Source: Nageia nagi (lineage: Eukaryota; Plantae; Pinophyta). From it: DNA of 64,000 nucleotides. The stretch spans positions 107,880,001-107,944,000 of the forward strand of contig JBITNC010000001.1 in the NCBI GenBank assembly GCA_050084985.1, written 5' to 3'. The position numbers and the translations under genes were made by a program. Position 1 is the first letter of the stretch. Each line of letters starts with the position of its first letter. The notes beneath the pieces were generated by a model. The model was not told where the DNA came from. It did not search any database and was given only the letters and a program-made list of their open reading frames with translations. Shown here piece by piece: positions 35,146 through 49,600 of this stretch.

Positions 35146-35899
35146 TTTGCCCCCTTTAGCGATGTACTCGCATGAACCAAGATTACATTTCAAAAGTGAG
35201 AATAAAAAAAGATATTAACACTTTTGATGATACTTCCTTGAAATGATGATGATCTTGATGAATACTATGAACTTGGACTTCCACATTTTTTTTACCTTTC
35301 TTTATGCCAGTTTTTTATTTGGGTTACTTGTGAACATTGGGTGATCAATGGATTCACAGCAAACATGAACTTGCAAAAAAGATAAAGAAAATGGATCCTA
35401 TAAAGTATTTAAATATTCAAAGGATTTTGTTTCTTTCCTAGGTGTAATGGGAGCCATGAAATAATCTTGATAACAATTAGGCACCCTCTTTATTAGTGAA
35501 CATCATAAAAAGAAACATGAATAACATGAAATACTTGATTGTGATATACATTAAAACTAACACTCATAACATATAATGAATAATAATGAAGAGCATGAAA
35601 GAACATGATTATCTTTTATTAACTAAAGAATTGTGTACTATAAGCTATGATCATGAAAAGATAGCTACAAATCATGAATCAACATAGTAGCAATGAATCA
35701 AAACCATGAGTTAGAAGAGAACATCTACCCAGAGGATATAAGATGGTCTCAATAATATCAACATGGCATGAATGCATGGAGGATCTTCTGTTGTCCCAAA
35801 TATCAAAATGAGAAAGGTGAACATGTCCTAACTAAGTATATGACGATAATCGAAATATGAAATTCTTATGAAATGATCAAATATTTATGATGGATCTAT

Positions 35900-36570
35900 A
35901 ATCAACCCTATTTCATGGGATATCTTAAATATTCCATTTCCCATAGAATACAAGAACTCTAAGTTTGATTTCTTTAGTGGGGATGGTGATCCAAATCAAC
36001 ATCTAATTAATTTCCAAGAAGAGTGTGACATAAGATTAGGATTATCAAGAATGGTTTTTTTTTTATTGAATGGTTTTATAAATTGTCTCCTCATTCCTTC
36101 AAAAATTATCAAGAACTAGTAAAAAAAATTATTAATTATTACAAGTAAAACATCAAACATAATATTACCCTAATTGATTTGTATGTTGGTAAACAAGGTT
36201 ACAATGAAAAGCTAAATAAGTTCATCCCTAGACTCTAGAAAATATGGCAAACCATAACCTCAAAATTAGATGAAGAGGACATAATTCATATTTTTGTGGA
36301 TGCCTTATTTCAACCATTGAAGCCATATGCTCGTGACCTTATGCATCAATCTTTTGGGGTAATGGCCAAGAAGTTGCTCAACAAAGAAAAATTCTAATTG
36401 AGGGAGGATAACAAAATATGGAAACACACCTTCAACCAATGAAAATAAGAAATCATGTCCTATAAAAAAGGAAGAGAAGAATGTTAAGGTAGCGGGAAAA
36501 TCTATATTAACTAAATCAACCACACAAAAAGAAAATAAAATCTCCTTCCCTATGGCACCAAGATTCATCC
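35900..36570 (+). pseudogene. Retrotransposon gag-like pseudo-ORF (Tat/Ogre type)
   Basis: DILNIPFPIEYKNSKFDFFSGDGDPNQHLINFQEEC, WFYKLSPHSFKNYQEL, KQGYNEKLNKFIPRL*KIW. Confidence 0.75.
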
Positions 36571-37914
36571 TAAAAAAAATTGATAAAAAAGTTGCTTGAG
36601 CCTTTACCTAAAAAAGCCAAATATGATAGTAACACAAAAAATAATAATCTCTACATTTTTAGAAGTGAGTCCTAACAAATATCATAATCTCTACATTTTT
36701 AGAAGTGATAGATTCATGGAAACAAAGTAAATTGATCAAGGTTTGGCACTATACATTTAGATAAATTTATTTGGTTCTCAAGTCAAAAAAGCATTGGAAA
36801 ATACTAGTTCAAGCTTATATATTTTCTCAACTTATTTATTTGTAAAAATTTAAGAATGCAAAGCTACTACCTATTCATAAATTAAAGACAAAAATCAAAG
36901 TATTTGATAACGTAGAAAAGCAATGTATAGAATTCATAACAATACCTCTATATTGGTGTCAATTTGAATCTCCTTGCTACACCATGCAAAGTGAGTATCC
37001 ATATAATTTATTTTTGGGGATAACATGGATATTTAAAAATCTTTAACCATATAGAATATGATGAATTCTTTCTTGGTTAGAATTATGATAGCTGTTGATG
37101 TAACTTAGTTATATCTCTCTATTAGTGATTAAGTACTAGATTGATATTTGTTGATAAGGTACCTTATTAATTATAACTTTATATTTTTTATTGGTACCTA
37201 CTTAGAACACCTTATCATTCAATGAGAAAAATGATGTGATTTTCCTTGAATAGGAATGTTTATATATGATGGCACACCTTTATTATATCTTTTTTATAGT
37301 GTTTTATGTCCTTTATTGATATTTTGTGGTAAGGTACCTTGATATTTATACCTTTTTGTTATTGTTATTGAGAATATCATATTATTTGATGTTGTTGGTA
37401 TTTAGGATCACCATGTTATTGTTGAGAATAATAGGTGTTGTGGTATAAGTGTTTTGTTGGAGCACTTGATTAATTGATTTCATAGGTGCTTGGAGCATCA
37501 TGTTTTGCCAAAAACAAGTTATGGAAGAATTGTGGTAGTTGAACAATTGTTATAGTATATGCATTACAAATACTAGAGGTATCTTCTGTATCATGTTGAT
37601 TAAGCTCATAATTTTCAGTAGTAGAATTCAAGATTATGTTGTAGTTGTTATATCTACATTATCAAAGATGTAAGCCTGGAAGGAATTATAATTGTATATA
37701 TATGATTGCAAAATATGATGATTTAATATTATTTATTATATATTAATAAATTAATATTATAAGGTAGCACTAACTATCTATGGGCTTCCCTCAAGCAAGG
37801 TAGTGCAAACTACCTGATTTTTCTCAAGGTTTTTCTCGATCTTTGCTGAAGATCTTATGTTATTGTGTGAATGTTTGGAAAATATTATCTTTTACTTGTT
37901 TTATATTTTATGAA

Positions 37915-38540
37915 TGGTATTTCATAATTTCTTTTAAAGCTTGATGAGTTCACATTGTGGATATAGAATTAATGATTTGGGTATTATTGTGGAAGTTGGT
38001 AAGATCATGGAATCATATAATAAACAATAAATCAATATCTAGATTTTTGTATCTATAGTTAATATTGGAAATGGTTTCAATACAATCTTCTTTTTATTCT
38101 TAAATTATCAAGTAGAACTTGAAAACCTGGAAAGAGAAATAAGCATTTGTTAATAAGATATTGAATGAATTTTTGGATGTATGATTGTAATAAATGTTCT
38201 TATGTTGTAAGGGGTTTAAATGTTCTTATTGCAAATTAGATAGATGATTTTTATTTTGATTTCAAGATAAATTAACTCCTTTACAATAAAACGAACTCAA
38301 TTGTGAGTAACAATAGTACAATGAAAAGATGCAAACTATGTTAAGATTTGTAAATGATAAACCTAGTGTGCAAGCATAATCATTTATAGGTAATGAACTT
38401 GGTTCATCAAAAGTATAAGATAACGAAATAATGATTCCTTATAAGATTTAGTTATAAGACTTATAAATAGGTGAAATGTCACATAGTGTCTTCACTATGA
38501 CTAGGTAATATTTCGAGATCAAAACATGGTTAATACAATC
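37915..38540 (+). mobile_element. Possible very degenerate Copia gag/protease remnant
   Basis: tggtatt PBS-like start, KLDEFTLW-like gag N-terminus, and weak protease-like pieces. Confidence 0.25.
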
Positions 38541-39299
38541 ATGATATTGAAAGTTTATTATTGAAAATATATGCATACTTTTATTATTGAAAATATATGC
38601 ATACTTAGTTCATGAATGAACTAAGAATGCATATTAAGATAATATAAAATGTTTAATAAAATTAATTGAGAACTATTATATATATATATATAATATATAC
38701 TAAATTAGGTTGAAAAATCTTCATTGAAAATTGTTTATAACAACTGAGAATAACTTGTTAAAAACTCACATGAAAAATTAGAAAGCATGCAACAAAATAG
38801 ATTTGTAATTATACTCATTTTAATATTAAAATCATTATACATTTATATATCTACTTAAGTGATAGACAAGACTTATTTAATTGCATTGGTAGACAATGAA
38901 ATGAATATCAATTCACTAGGTATGAATCTTGAGAAATAGTTCATGCGTAGATTAAAAAAAAATAGTATTTTGGGGTAGTATAAGATTGATATATTACAAA
39001 AGGCCCAGAAAGATACATTCAATTTTGTATCCTTGATTGTATTGCAAAGGGATATGAACATTGCATGTACCCTTCTAGAGCCTTCATTTCATTGGTCTTT
39101 GGGAACAACAATATAAGAATTTGTAGAACATGCCTTTTGCATAATATTTAGCTTCTAGAAAACATAATTGATGAACAAAATGAGTGTTAAGGTAAAGGGA
39201 ATGAGTGGATTTAAATGTGGTTTTTATGGATGGATGCATCCATAGATGAAAGGGAAAGGTAAATAATAACATTCCTAAGTACTCAGGATATTCTTTACA

Positions 39300-42200
39300 T
39301 ATTTAACCCTGAGTAAAATCTTTGATTTGGTCTTTACATCTTTGTTGAACATAACTTTTAAGGAATGGGTTCCATATTTCTATTATTGAATATCTTATTT
39401 TCAAGTTTTATTTTAACTTTAATAGTCATTTTTTTTACATAGTAATATTAACAATTCACTTTGGGATTGTTGTCTAGTTGTATCTGATTCGTGAAAGGAC
39501 CTTCAATTTTGGAATTCTAATTTCTATCAATTTCTTTTTGTTAAGTTGATCATGTCTAGGGAATTATTATGTCTTTGAATTTTTCATTTCTTATCTGCAA
39601 ACATATCCTTCCATAGATTTTTGAAATGATAACTCTGCATCTTAGTATACTTTCTTTCCCATGTATTTGGTTATATCAATTTCATAAGCTTCATATGACT
39701 ATTTTTTTTAGGAACATATTTATTGATCCCCTATCTTGAAAGTTTCTATTGATTTTTGAATGTACCTATCATAGATCAAATAAGCTTTTAATTCCATGTG
39801 AAATTTTTGTATTTATTATCTACATGTGTACATCAATATCGGATGATATAGGCTTGAAGTTATGAGTTTTTTGGTGTATTTTGTAATGGTCATGCTATCA
39901 TATTGATCTTTGTTGGCATTATTTAATTAATACCCCAAGAGATAGTGTATGGATTATTACAAAGGTGTAATGCATCCATCTATTCCTGATAGTGTTTTCA
40001 CCTATTCTTAACATCTAAAACCCTAAAATTGTAGACCTAATTTTTTTTATTAGTTTAAACACTTGAATGATCTAGGAATGGACCAGGCAATCCACATGAG
40101 TTTATCAATGTTGCTAGTTAGTTAGCACCCACATGGTAAGATTGGCTAAAGTTTAGATTAACCAACCCGATCAAATCCTTTCGATGTTCACTCCATAATG
40201 CTCACTCCATTGAGGAGATGCCTCATATGTGACCCCATCATTTCCACTTCATAAACTATGCAACAAATACTTTGGACATGGTGTAGTGGTTTCCTACTCG
40301 GGTCCCATATCACCCAAGAGAATGCACATTCATAAGGTTATGCATCCTCACTTGATGATAAACCTTTGACCCATAGGAGTAGATAGTTTATCCTAGGCAA
40401 ACTTCCTTATGAGGGAGTAAACATCATCAAATATGGAACATTCATCATACTCCTATGTGCTAAACTACAAGTAATATGACTACTAAATTACCCTCACCTA
40501 ATAACCATAGTTTTGTCAACTGTTACCCTCGTTTGACACCCTATCGAGGATATGAGATATAAGCCTGCCCATATCTATCTATTAGGCTCACGATGGGGTC
40601 CGATATCCATGTGCTAATATCTTGGGGATCCATGGGTATTGAAATAATACCCTCAAGTGGTTTGTTTAGTCTAATTAATTTTAAATAAGATTGTAAAGAA
40701 AAACTACCCATGACCTATCGCTCTTAAAATAATTAATCCTAATTCAATTATTAGGGTTACCAATATTATATGTAGGAAGATTCAATACCATGCTTGTTTA
40801 GGAAGTCACACAAGATATCTAGAAGTACTACAATTATCCTATACACATGGTATTGTGTATTTAATACTACTTTATAAAAGTGCTCATACTAGTGTTTAGT
40901 AACATTCCTTGAGATGACACTAAAGTCAACTACTTCTACAAAGTAAATGTGGCATAAAGTGGTCCTTACTTAAGGTATATTCCTTTTGCTTGTCATTTTG
41001 CAAGGGAGGTTCAACTAATGAATATTCCACATCATTTTTTCTTCATCATTGAATCCTTCCAAAAATGTCCTTTTTGAAATGATTGTATTCTTCTAGGGTT
41101 TCTCTTTAAACCTAGGTTACTTCAAAATTTATTTTCCACCTTTAATGATACAATATTATTAATCCATTATATATAGGTTTTACCATTGAACCCATTTCTT
41201 TAACTTGATCAACTATGATTATTGATCCCAAATCAACTCCTAATTCTTCCCTCTTTCCTTGTTAATGGAAAATAACCCTTAGGTAGTTCTCATCTTATCA
41301 ATATTACACTAATCTCATTTGATCCTATTTTAATCCCTTTCAATACTTAAGGATATTCTCAATTATTTTCAACTTATTTTTAGGGTGTAAAATAAACTCC
41401 TTCACTTAATTGAGTTGGGGTATGTCTTTATTAGGGTTACCTTTATGAGTTTTACTTATCCTAATAGTTAAGCTTCTAACTATAGGTTTTGATACAATTG
41501 TACCAAGTTCCATTTAATCATTCATTTACAAGAATAATATAAATCCTTAGGGTTTGGTTTCATTTTAGTCTATCCTTCTATTTAGTACTACTAAAAGATT
41601 CTTCTTGTATTACAGAACTTTTTTATATAATGTGAATTATGTTTTATCTGGAGGCCATACTAGGGTAATGGGATTTACACTCATGAAAGATATAAGACTA
41701 TAATTATCAAGTTAGAGATCACATTCTACTTGTATTTTACATTTTATGTGGAGATACTAGGGCTATCTCATTAAAGTTCTAAGTGTCATTTGATTTGATA
41801 TAAATAAAGACATCATTTGTTACCCTTGAATCCATATTACTCCATGTTTCTCATTAACTACCTTCATATGAAATTATCTTTGGAGCTCCTACTTTAGCAT
41901 TTAATAGGCATTAATAAGAACATAATGAAGATTAGATTATTCCTATTTAATTAAAACTTAAAATATTTCAAGAAGTTTCCATCGTACTTGCATTCCATAA
42001 AAATTATTACATCATGATATCAAGTACAAGGAGTTAAAGAAACCCTTATTATTTACAAGAGGATTTCCATATAATTGTTGGTGACTAAATTACATGGTAG
42101 ATAAATCAAAACTTATTTTTAAATATTCTTCAATGCATCTTTATCTTTGATGTAGATTCTCCCATCTTCATCTTCTGAACTTCTCCCAAGGATCCAAAAT

Positions 42201-43390
42201 TATTAACTAGAGTACTAAGAAAGGTTAGAGTTTTGAGGATCAAGACAACCCCTTTCAAGTGTATGAACATGATGCAAATGATTTTGACATAATATTATTT
42301 TGAAAGTATTCTATAGACCTCAAGAGGATTTATCCTTTCAAAGACTACCTCCCTTCCTTGGTCATATGGTAAGAATTTTAAACTAGCACATAAATCATAT
42401 TTAAGATAATGATATGGTTACAACATTTTATACTCTCAAAGATTAATCTCTTATCCCTAGAATATTTATTATAATATAAGACTTATAGAAATTTACTAAT
42501 AATTAATTAGTAATATTCAATCTCAAAGATTAACTCCTTATTCCCCTTAATCAATAAAGTAGAAAATTTAATTAAACTTTATTAATGTTTTACCAATAAA
42601 ATCCTTATTAATCCTTGAAATTTCTTCCTTTCCATATTATATTAACAAAAGCAATAATTAACATTCTACTAAATATCATATGGAAAGCATTTACTTAGAC
42701 CTTGGTCACCTCCCATCTCAAGATCCATATTTCGAAATAAAAGTAGATCGAATAAAGGAATCTTGTGGGTAGAGTACGCCAAAACTAGACGATGTAAGGG
42801 ATTCAATAATTGGCTATCTTGGTAGTGCTTATGAAACAAATAGGGAGAGATCTTAGTGACGTCAAGTTTGTAGGCATCCAAATGTTGAAAGGCTACTCGC
42901 GTCTGAGAATGCAAGCCTGGTGAACTCCTTTGGGGGATAAAATAAAATGGAAAATGTCACCCTCTATACTCTTACACTATGCAACAACTTCAAAACCAAT
43001 CTTTCCAAGGTTTGACATAGCTAAAATGGGTCTCATATGGTTTTTTTTGGGTGCAGCTATTAAATAAAAAAGTAGGAGATGGAGAGAAGTCCAACAAGAG
43101 TTTGAGAAATTACCAATCTCAATTGGAAGGACATTCTAATTCAATGCATAGGCTTCATTCATTTTGCTATTTTTCTCAGAGTTCACTACTTCTCGCAATT
43201 GGATATAAATCTTTGTGAGAGAAAACTTAATATTTTACCTACCTTGACCATATTTTATCACAACAGAATGAATGGAAGCCAAACAAGATATTATTTGTAC
43301 ATTTGTTAAAAACCAAATTGAAGGTTTCATCTCTACACTAGAAGCACATTGTGGGGAAAGAGGTGGGTGTCCAAAATTGCAATACAAAAT
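39300..43390 (-). mobile_element. Possible degenerate LTR element 5' portion (PBS-like ~41486-41496, LTR-like sequence from 41499)
   Basis: gttttgataca resembles the reverse complement of the Met PBS followed by tgtacc; faint gag-like traces at 39500-39850. Confidence 0.3.
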
Positions 43391-43620
43391 CAAAGAGACA
43401 AGCACATATCAGTTATACAATTCCTTCCAACTACTCTACCTTGTGATGTAAAAGAAAATGGAAGTTGGAAACCTATTTAATAACTTGTGAGAGTGACAAA
43501 AGACTAAGGAGAAATCTAGAATAATCTCTAAATTAAATCTCATGAGCTATCAGAGGGGACAGGATATTTGAGACCGGTATCTTCACATAAATGAACTATA
43601 AAATGCCATATGACATGGTA
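43290..43620 (+). pseudogene. Highly decayed Gypsy RT fragment
   Basis: VKENGSWK-, SKLNL..YQ- and Y.MPY-like remnants in RT order. Confidence 0.4.
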
Positions 43621-46600
43621 CCTCTTTTTTTTTCCTCCTATCAGATTTTAAATATAATAAAATCTCTTTCCAAGATAATACATACAAGCCTCACATGCAA
43701 AACAATGAGATATATTTTCAAGTAAAATAATGCTATTAGTATTCATTGATATACATTTGTAAACCTTTAACAACATTCTTTTCCTCACATACCAAATAAT
43801 TTCAAAGGAAACCATAACTTAACTAGGAATTAACTATAATGCAACAAGGAGAGCACTTGATCTTGAGAGGGGAGGCTTCTCTTCTCAACAGAGCTCCAAA
43901 TCTTGTGAATAATGAGATAGTAGTGTGGTAGTGTATTTTTCCTATGGTTCATCCCTTATTTATAGCTAAGGTGGCTATAAGAATTCCAAATATATGTCTC
44001 CTCATCCCTTTAATAATTTTTGTGGAGGAAAATATGGATATTTTATTTTGTTTTGTAAAATGGGTCTCAATTAAATTTATTGGTAAGTGTGGTGACATGA
44101 AATACTTTGGACTCTTTTATATTAACTTACAAATTGAGGCCAATTATTTACTACACCTAACATAAAGAAACAAGGTAGGTGGGGATCATATCTCAATTAT
44201 TTTCACAACCTAACAAAATACCTTGTAACATCCACAAAGTGACACTAGTCCTTAGCTCTTTTACATTTCACCCCATTTTACTAAAAACTATAAGTAAAAA
44301 TTAAAATTTAAAATAATAGAATATTCCTTGCCCTTTTTGAAATAAGTTTCAAAAATGCATAGCAAGGTTTTAACACCCATTTATTTACGGTGATCCCTTT
44401 GTCCTATAAGGTAAATCATTAGTATACACACACAATCATACATTCATTATCGAAATCAATAATCATGCTTAATAATTATCTCATGCATATATATGATTTA
44501 TAATGGTTAGTAGGGTTTGTTAGCGAACCAATGCTAATCATTTCCTCACTCTTACCCCTCTATTCACATCACCAATTCACCCTTGGTCCCTTGGGTCTTT
44601 ATCTACACTTTACATCTAGAGTCGACTTGTAACCTATGTCATAAAACCTTGAAGCCAACATCAAACAAACACAAATAAAGCATATCTCTATTCAAATTAG
44701 TCATCTCATAACATAATTCAAATTGAATCTCATTAGAATCCTCAATGGTACTTGAGTCATAATAGTGCAATTGGGTGGATCATTACAAAAGGTTTAAGAT
44801 GAAAATCAATAATCTTCAAACCCCAAACAATGATGTTAAGCTTTACCTTGCAATTTCAAGTCAAATAATAGTCTTCTCGAACCCTCAAAAGGATAACTGA
44901 AGAATGTTGGGCCCTAACAATCTTCCCAAACCTTTCTTGTGCATGAAATCAATAATCAAATTCCTATAGTACCCTAAGACCCAAATAATGCCTTCCTAAT
45001 ATTGACTTTGACATCATCATTGAATATGTTTGGGAAATTGTCTTCTTTTATATTCTAGATCTTCCTAGGATTGTAATAAAAATAATATGATGTTAGCATG
45101 GGGAATGACCTAGGATAAAGTCTTTTTCTCTTCTGCTTGGTTTCCTAGGATGTTATGTTAGAAAGAAATTGATGTCAACCAAATAATAAATGTTTTGACC
45201 CATTTAATCTATGCTTGGACCTAGGATGTGGGTTAATTGATGTTATCTTCCAAAGAACATTGAAACCTTGATAAAAATAATTCATTTAGACCCAGATAGC
45301 CTAGATAAGGCTTGAAATGCTCAAAATTAATCTAAGAACTCATATTTTCACCTAAGAACAAGTGTTCTTGAGGCTCTAAAATCATATTTTCATCCATCCA
45401 AGAATGCTTTTTCTTCACTCCCAAAGACTTAATTTTGGTTAAGGTACTCTCATAGATTTCTATAAAGTGATCTGTTATATCATGAAAAGAAAATAATGAC
45501 CATGAATGGAGAAAACATATATATATTAAAATTTACAAAAGAAAGTTGTAAATTCCAACAAGAACATTAGATGTCATGATAAATGAAGATAGAAAGTTTT
45601 AGAAGTCCAAAAGTCACCTTAGAAGTTGAAATGAAAATTCATATCTCAATGTGTTTGTACATGATCTATTGAATGTAATATTTGGCTTTTTTGGAGCTCA
45701 TTCTATTTCAAATTTGTAATCCCATATTGGAACCTACAAAATTGAAATCCATACCATTAAAATTAAGAGGGAGAAATAAAGAAATTAATATTCATGGTTT
45801 GAATTTTTGGTGTCATTGGAAGATGGTGAGTTTTTTTTTACTTTTGACATCATTGATAAATGGAGCATTTAACTCCTCTCTCCTCCAATGTCAACATGAT
45901 TTTGCCTACCTTATGTACTCACCAGTATTGACATTTTTAATTTTTGCAAGAATATATATGAGATTTTAATTCTCACAAATTTGATATTATATTATTCATA
46001 ATTGATTTTGTATAGTAAGCATGATTGCTCACATCCTTCTTTGACCTTATTGGGCATACCATGAATTTTATCAATGTTTTAGGAGTGTCAAACACTCAAA
46101 CACATTTCTCAAGGTATGTATATGGGATAATTCCCTCATTGTATTATATGAACAAGTATTTTATTCACTTTTTCACAATAATAGTAAGAGAAAATGCTCT
46201 ACAACTTTTCCTTTCATTTTTGTGTTTGTATCTTTCATATTTTCATGGGTGTGTAGTGATAGAAATCACTCTTCTAGTGTTATATACTAGTTTTGGAGAT
46301 GAACTAACATAATATTTACCTATTTTATGGTATTTTAGGCTACTGGGTAATTTTTATTTTCCATTTTATGCATTTGTTTTGGATAAATTTGTATTTGTAT
46401 CTTGCCACCTTATAACAAGTTTGTAGCAAGTTAATTTTCTTGTGAAGAATTTAACATTTATTTTAGATCTTCATTTAGCATGATTCCTTTTTATTTTGAT
46501 GATCATTTCAGATACCTTTCCATCCATAAAGGATACATCATAATTTTTATTATCAAAATTACTACAAACTATGATTTTCCATCATGCACGTACCTAATTC

Positions 46601-49600
46601 TCCTCAATCGCAGTTTATGAACACTTTCACTTTTGCCTAATATTATCCACACTTACCTTAATTCATTAATTTTGAACCTCACATATTTATAAATATAATA
46701 TCTTCCTCTTTCCATCCATATATAACACGTTATCCTTTGAATACAATTTGCTATTGTGCTAACCCATTATTTTAGCACTATCTATTAGTTCCTATTTTGG
46801 TGATCCTATGAGAACTTTTTAGTTTTTATCCAACACTATTGTTTAAAATATCCTTTTGATTTTATTATTTATCTATTTTAAATTATGTTTCACTACCTTT
46901 CCAATGATATATAACACAACATACATTTTTTTTATATTGTTGGAGGGTCATTTTTATGGAATGAATAACTAAATAGTTTTGAAAGGGTACCAACCTTTCT
47001 TATATTCAAATCTATCACACCAAGCATGATAGGTGAGTTTGCCCCCACTAAGGTAGGTGAGTCTACCCATCGAGTGATTTTAACTTGGGCCCTCCCAAAA
47101 CCTAGCCAAGCACCTCACTAGTGTTGTATCCCCTTGGGAATAACACAACACAACATACTTTACCATTACACATCCTTGGTAAAATTTTCTACCTTTGATG
47201 ATCATTTAATTTTAGGACTATTTCAAAAACCAGGTGATATCCACTTTAGAAATGAATATTTAGAGATCTACAAATTAAATTTTAGCATGTGGGTACTTGT
47301 TGTAAAGTTCCCTTTATACCTTTCCAACCATATACTACAATTGATATGTTGATTAAGTTAAACTTTTTGAATTTTGCAAATCCATTAGGGTATATTTTTG
47401 TAGCTAATAAAACACATCACCAGACTTCAAACTCTTCACATGGAGTCAAAGCTCACAACAACAAGGTTGTTTGTCAACACTTGAGGGTTGGAAAATATTT
47501 AAAGTGTATATTTTATGAGAATTAAGGTTATTAAGCCCTAAAATATTCATACAAATCCCTTAATATTATTTAAAGGCCTCCATTGAATGTAACTTGTACT
47601 ATTGCCTAATGATTTTATTTTTGTCTGATACATAATCAAACTATCATAATGTAACATATCAGTTGCCTAGTTTAAGTCTATCACTGTATACAACTATCAC
47701 ATCCATAATGTTATTTTCATAACATCTAGGTATCCCTCAAAGGCCACTCTTTTCGTATTTGAGATAAGATCTTTGTATCTTTATCTAGCTTATACAAAAT
47801 CAAGAAATATTATGCACCAAATATTTTAATAAAAAACAAATAGAATAATAACAATCTCTTACAAAATCTTGGCAAAAAATATTCAACAAATAAAAACAAC
47901 AAAGTCATCCATTAAGGGGTCTATATCATCCCTATAGCATTTCATATACACCATTTGCAAAACAAAACCCAGGAAAATCTTAATAGATACATCATCAAAC
48001 ATTTCAAATATACCTATTTAAAAATTATTATAGATTTATATTCAAAATATATCTTCTTTAGTATATGCAATCATGGTGCTTTGTATTATGTTTCTCTACT
48101 AAATACCAAAACTATAATCTTCACATAGTTTGCCAATAATTCCATGCATCATCTATTCATTGTCCACTATAGTTACCACTTTACTATAGTTAGTATTAAG
48201 CACTAGTAGTATTTTACTGTAGTCATCATAGATCAAAAATCATATGCCACATCTAAGGCCCATCTCCATCCATGAGGGTTTGAATCCCCATAACTACAAT
48301 CTACACATACAAAATAATTCCATCAAGAAAATAATCATCTCTTGATTTTCATCCTAAGGGCACTCAATAAAGTCACATTTTACCTCTTGAGTAAGAAAAG
48401 AAATTCATATCATTAAACTTAACCACATTGGAAGATGTCCTCAATCAACATAGGTCATTATACAAATACATATAAAATAAGAAATCCATCATAATGGTTA
48501 TTTCACTATAAATATATTAACAATAGTTTTTACAAAATAGATCATAAGAATACCAAGAGTTATCAATATATAAACATTCTTCCACTATTAAAATCAATTG
48601 CAACTAAGTAAACATAGATCTTTCTTTTAAGCATATAATTTCTTGTTTTCAAAAGAATAACATAGATTATTAGCTTTCACAATAAGGTTTATACAATCAA
48701 AGGCTCAAAGGCTAGATATAATCAGTACTGGATTGCACCTTTTTCTTATTCTATTAACAAGAACTTTGATGCCTAAAATATTAGTATTGATAAACACAAG
48801 ACAATAACTAACATAAAACCTACAAACTTTACCAATTTAAACCCATATCAATCCACATAACATGAAATGTAATTATATTTCTAATTTGTAAACTAAATCC
48901 TAGGGAATGTGTTTTAGGTTTGAGCCTATAAGTTTAACCATAGATCATTTGTCTTGACTAGAAGGTCTCTCAACCATGGGATAGTGGCCAAAATATCATT
49001 ATCTCTCCACCTATTCCCCCCTCCTCCTCAAATATATTTGAGACTTTCATCTCCATGTAACATGATATGCAATCAATACATGCAATTCTACATGGACTAT
49101 CCCACTACCAACTTGATTGGACAACTTGACCCAACATGGATAAACTACTCATCAAGCAAATCCATTCAAGGAATTACATGACCATTACTCCTATAATGTA
49201 AATACATAGTATGTGCAAAACCCCTATATGTATGTAAGAGTGATGCACCTATATGATGCTCAACCATAGTAGTCTGCAAGATTGCAATGCAATTAATATA
49301 TGTAACTATGTAATGTTGAATGAAAACATTCCATGATGACCATGCAATTATGGAATCTCAATCCCAACATGTTCATTATGTGAAAAACTGATGTACTTGT
49401 AATATTTACACAAACTTATGCATGAAGTTATATAAACATGATTCACTAATCTATATTCCATAATATACAATTTTTATACTTTAGTAATAAGTCAACATTA
49501 TATTTTTCTAAATTTGCATCCATGTTTTAATAATTCAAGACCTAAAAACCATCAAATTTATTATAGAAAAAATAAACTATCTCTATAGTAATAATTATTA

